Notes under the pieces: model-generated
What the model saw: only the letters and a program-made list of their open reading frames with translations
The model's database searches: none
What the model was told of the DNA's origin: nothing
Part shown: one piece after another, positions 60,872 to 64,000 of the stretch
Layout of the letters: the number at the start of each line of letters is the position of its first letter
Numbering within the stretch: position 1 is the first letter of the stretch
Made by a program: the position numbers and the translations under genes
DNA from: Frankiaceae bacterium
GTDB taxonomy: Bacteria; Actinomycetota; Actinomycetes; BP-191
Length of the DNA: 64,000 bases
Reading direction: 5' to 3'
NCBI GenBank assembly: GCA_035940575.1
Contig: DASZER010000011.1
Location: forward strand, 315-64,314

Positions 60872-62347
60872 TCACCGGACCGCCCCCATGCGCCGCATCA
60901 GGGCCACCGCGGCCGGGTACGCCGCGAACGCCCGCCGCACGTCCTCGGGCGTCGCGACGCGGTACGCCATCGCCGCGACGTAGCAGCGCATCGTCCTGTC
61001 CCACCGCGCCGCGCCGGCCGCGCGCCGGGCCCGCAGCAGCATCGCCGCCCCCTGGACGTAGACGGAGCGGTAGTACGCGGACGTACGCGGCTCCCAGTAC
61101 GTCATCGGGGCGCCGACGCGGTTGACGCCCGAGGCGGGGATCGACGACGACAGGTAGCGGCTGCCCGTGCCGCGGACGAGCGCCTCGGCGTACGTGGCGA
61201 ACGCCTCGTCCAGCCAGGGGTCGCGGCCCTGGTTGTTGCCGACGAGACCGTAGAACCACTCGTGCGCGACCTCGTGCACGAGCGTCGCGTCCTGGTCCTG
61301 CCTGCTCCCGAGCAGGATCGCGGACGGGAACTCGACCCCGCCCCGCAGGTCGGGGACGACGGCGACCTGGAGCATCTCGTACGGGTACGGCCCGAACCGC
61401 CGCGTCAGCCCCGTGATCGCGCTCCGGTGCAGCGCGAGCAGCCGTTCGGGGTCGTCGGGGAGGCCTGGGGCCACGCCGACGCGGACGCGGTACCCCTCGG
61501 CGAGGCCCTCGGCGATCGCGAACGGTCCCACGGCGATCATCACGTCGCGTACGGCGTCGGCCTCGCGGTGCTCCACCAGCCCCTCGGTGTGGCGCACGAT
61601 GCCCGTCCCGAGCACGGAGTCGCGGCCCGAGGGCACCTTCACCGCGAGGTCGGCGAGCCGGAACGCCTCGCTGGTCGCCGCCTCGGCGAACGCCGCCGTC
61701 GCGGGCTCGGTGGCCCAGCCGCGGCCGCGCTGCCAGGCGAGCAGCGGGAAGCCCGACCCGAACCACGCGACGTCGCCGCGGTGGCCGAGGCGCTCGTTGG
61801 CGCCCGAGGGCAGCGTGAGCGAGAAGTCGAGGTCGATCGTGAGGGCGGTGCCCGCGGGCGCCACCCGCCCGAGAGGTGCGGTGAGCAGGGTGCCGCCGTT
61901 GCCCAGGGAGAACGCCCGCGCGGTCCCGTCGACCACGAACCGCCCGACCGACGTGGAGCCGCCGGCGCGGCGGGGGACGGGGGCGTTGGCCCAGAGGCGG
62001 AACACGAGCCTGTCGACGGGCCGGTCCGGGGTGAACACGACGCGCTCCGTGCCGGTGACCGTCGCCTTGGAGGCGGCGACGTCGAACGACAGCGTCACGA
62101 CGGGGCGGTCGGGGTACGGCCGCGCGTAAGCGGTCGGGCAGGAGGACGACGACGGCGAGGGCGACGCCGTGGCGGACGGAGACGCGGGCGGCGAGGCCGA
62201 CGAGGGGGAGGCCGTGACGGGCGGCGCGGTGGAGACCGTCGCGGACGGCGTGGGGGCGGCCGTCGGAGCGCCGCCGCCGTCGCCGCCGCCGGTGCAGGCG
62301 CAGGCCACGGCGACGAGGGCGGTGAGGGCGGCGGTCAGGTGGCGCAT
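60872..62347 (-). CDS. M1-family (gluzincin) metallopeptidase, lipoprotein
   Basis: GGVEFP, HEVAHEW...WLDEAFA and VYVQGA motifs; N-terminal Cys with an S/P/T linker. Confidence 0.85.
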   Translation of the reverse strand: MRHLTAALTALVAVACACTGGGDGGGAPTAAPTPSATVSTAPPVTASPSSASPPASPSATASPSPSSSSCPTAYARPYPDRPVVTLSFDVAASKATVTGTERVVFTPDRPVDRLVFRLWANAPVPRRAGGSTSVGRFVVDGTARAFSLGNGGTLLTAPLGRVAPAGTALTIDLDFSLTLPSGANERLGHRGDVAWFGSGFPLLAWQRGRGWATEPATAAFAEAATSEAFRLADLAVKVPSGRDSVLGTGIVRHTEGLVEHREADAVRDVMIAVGPFAIAEGLAEGYRVRVGVAPGLPDDPERLLALHRSAITGLTRRFGPYPYEMLQVAVVPDLRGGVEFPSAILLGSRQDQDATLVHEVAHEWFYGLVGNNQGRDPWLDEAFATYAEALVRGTGSRYLSSSIPASGVNRVGAPMTYWEPRTSAYYRSVYVQGAAMLLRARRAAGAARWDRTMRCYVAAMAYRVATPEDVRRAFAAYPAAVALMRRMGAVR

Positions 62348-62373
62348 GAGGTGACGGTAGCCTCGCGCACGCT

Positions 62374-62730
62374 GTGGACAACGAGCGGACGTCGAATCTG
62401 TGGACAGAGCGCGTGGCGGCTTTCGAGGCCGCCGCGGCCGACGCGCGACGGCGGCTGCAACGGCGCTCCGCCGGCTGGTGGCGCGACGAGGTGGCGCCGG
62501 GCGTGACGCGCGCCGACCGCGTAGCGGGACTCGTCGCGACGCTGGCCGCGCTCGACCCCACCGGCGAGGGGAGGGGCGCGCCGCCGCGCCCGGCCAGGGA
62601 CCAGACGCTTTCCGACCAGCTCGCGGTGGTGGCGTACGACCTCACGCTCCCGGACGCGAGCGGCGCCGACCTCGACGCGGCGCTCGACGCGGTCGCTACT
62701 GCTCTGCGTGACGTAGATCCTCGGCGGTGA
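62374..62730 (+). CDS. Hypothetical protein (start uncertain)
   Basis: Coding-like ORF divergent from the peptidase; LSDQLAVVAYDL segment. Confidence 0.5.
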   Translation: MDNERTSNLWTERVAAFEAAAADARRRLQRRSAGWWRDEVAPGVTRADRVAGLVATLAALDPTGEGRGAPPRPARDQTLSDQLAVVAYDLTLPDASGADLDAALDAVATALRDVDPRR

Positions 62731-63988
62731 CCCGGGGCGCGGGGATGGGCGGCGGGGCCGCGGCCGTGGGCAGCCGCACGACGACCGTGCAGCCCGCGCC
62801 GGGCGCGGACCGCAACGACAACTCGCCGCCCATGCCCTCGACGAGGCGGCGGGCGAGGTAGAGGCCGAGGCCGGTCCCCGGCACGGCGTGGTCGCCGATC
62901 CGCCGGAACCGCCCGAGCGCCGCCTCCTGCTCGTCCTCCGCGATGCCGGGGCCCTCGTCGCGGACCTCCAGCGTCACCATCCCGGCCGCCGCGTCGCGCG
63001 CGACGACCTCGACGGGTCCGTCGCCGCCGTGGATGACGGCGTTCTCCACGATCTGCGCGACGACGGTCCCGAGGTGCACGGTGTCGGCGGTGACGCCGAG
63101 CGACTCCGGCACGTCGACGAGGACGCGGTCGGCGGCGCCGGCCGCCGCGACCGACTCCAGGACGAGCCCGCGCAGCGCGAGCGGGGTCTTGCGGAACGTC
63201 ACGTCGTCGGCGTCGAGCCGCGCCGCCATGAGCAGCGCCTCGACGAGGCGTTCGAGCCGGCGCGACGCGCGCAGGCCCGCGTCGAGCAGCGCGTCCGACG
63301 CCTCGGCGGAGACGCGGCCCGAGTAGTGCCGCAACGTCGTCAGCGTCCCGAAGATCGTCGTCAACGGCGTCCGCATCTCGTGGCCGACGAGGGTCAGCAG
63401 GCGTTCCTCGAGCTGCTCGGCCTCGCGCAGCATCCGCCGGCTCTCGAGCATCGACGCGAGCAGGTCGGCGAGCGGCGCGATGAGCAGCAGGTCCTTCGCC
63501 GTGTACGCGCCCACGCGCGCCGACTCGACGCAGACGACGACGGCGACGCGGCCGCGCGCCTTGCCCGGCACGTAGATGCCCGAACGCATCGCGACGCTGC
63601 CGGGGATGTAGCCGGGCTCGCGCCGTACGTCGTGCACGACGATCGGCTCGCCGAGCTCCCACGCGCGCCCCGACATGCCCTCGCCCCTGCCGAGGGAGTG
63701 GTTGCGTACGCCGCTGTCGTAGCCGTGCATCCCGAACAGGTGCAGCCGCCCGCCGTCGACGTACCCGACGGCCGCCGCGTCCGCGGAGAGGACGTGCGCG
63801 AGGCGCTTCACGACCGAGTCGGACGCGGACCTGTCGCCGACGACCGACATCGCGTCGGCGACGATGTCGACGAGGAGCTGGACGCGCGCGTCGTCGTCGC
63901 GGCGCGCGGCGAGGTAGCCCCTCTGGAACGCGAGGAGCGCCGCTGCCGCCAGGACGAGGGGCAGCGCGACGACGAGCGCTGGGTGCAC
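62696..63988 (-). CDS. GAF-domain sensor histidine kinase
   Basis: N-terminal TM, GAF domain, HEMRTPLT, ENAVIHG, DEGPGI and GTGLGL motifs. Confidence 0.9.
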   Translation of the reverse strand: MHPALVVALPLVLAAAALLAFQRGYLAARRDDDARVQLLVDIVADAMSVVGDRSASDSVVKRLAHVLSADAAAVGYVDGGRLHLFGMHGYDSGVRNHSLGRGEGMSGRAWELGEPIVVHDVRREPGYIPGSVAMRSGIYVPGKARGRVAVVVCVESARVGAYTAKDLLLIAPLADLLASMLESRRMLREAEQLEERLLTLVGHEMRTPLTTIFGTLTTLRHYSGRVSAEASDALLDAGLRASRRLERLVEALLMAARLDADDVTFRKTPLALRGLVLESVAAAGAADRVLVDVPESLGVTADTVHLGTVVAQIVENAVIHGGDGPVEVVARDAAAGMVTLEVRDEGPGIAEDEQEAALGRFRRIGDHAVPGTGLGLYLARRLVEGMGGELSLRSAPGAGCTVVVRLPTAAAPPPIPAPRVTAEDLRHAEQ

Positions 63989-64000
63989 GGTGCTTATCGT

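Overview
High-GC actinobacterial chromosome. Positions 1-47.5 kb follow the conserved core order galU-moeA/glp-rimJ-glpR-tRNA-Ala ... pmt-rsmI ... metG-tatD-rpfB-rsmA-ispE-ABC-F ... TetR-desaturase-tRNA-Gln-glmU-prs-rplY-pth-mfd-mazG-eno-divIC-DUF501-ppx ... tRNA-Leu(TAA), with accessory genes inserted at several points. The region after about 44.9 kb is accessory. It holds six small secreted Cys-rich peptide genes that the ORF track either misses or calls from the wrong start, a PIN toxin-antitoxin pair whose antitoxin is in frame with an NADH dehydrogenase, a phospholipid-synthesis operon with a frameshift, a cutinase/PETase-like hydrolase and an AurF-like diiron oxygenase. The most unusual element is a complete tRNA with anticodon TGT (56134-56402, minus strand) whose D-loop is interrupted by a 196-nt nested-hairpin insertion. 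It ends 31 nt upstream of a divergent arginyl-tRNA-synthetase paralogue whose Arg-binding motifs appear altered. This is a candidate undescribed giant-tRNA/aaRS-paralogue system. All calls come from reading motifs by eye; no database searches were run.
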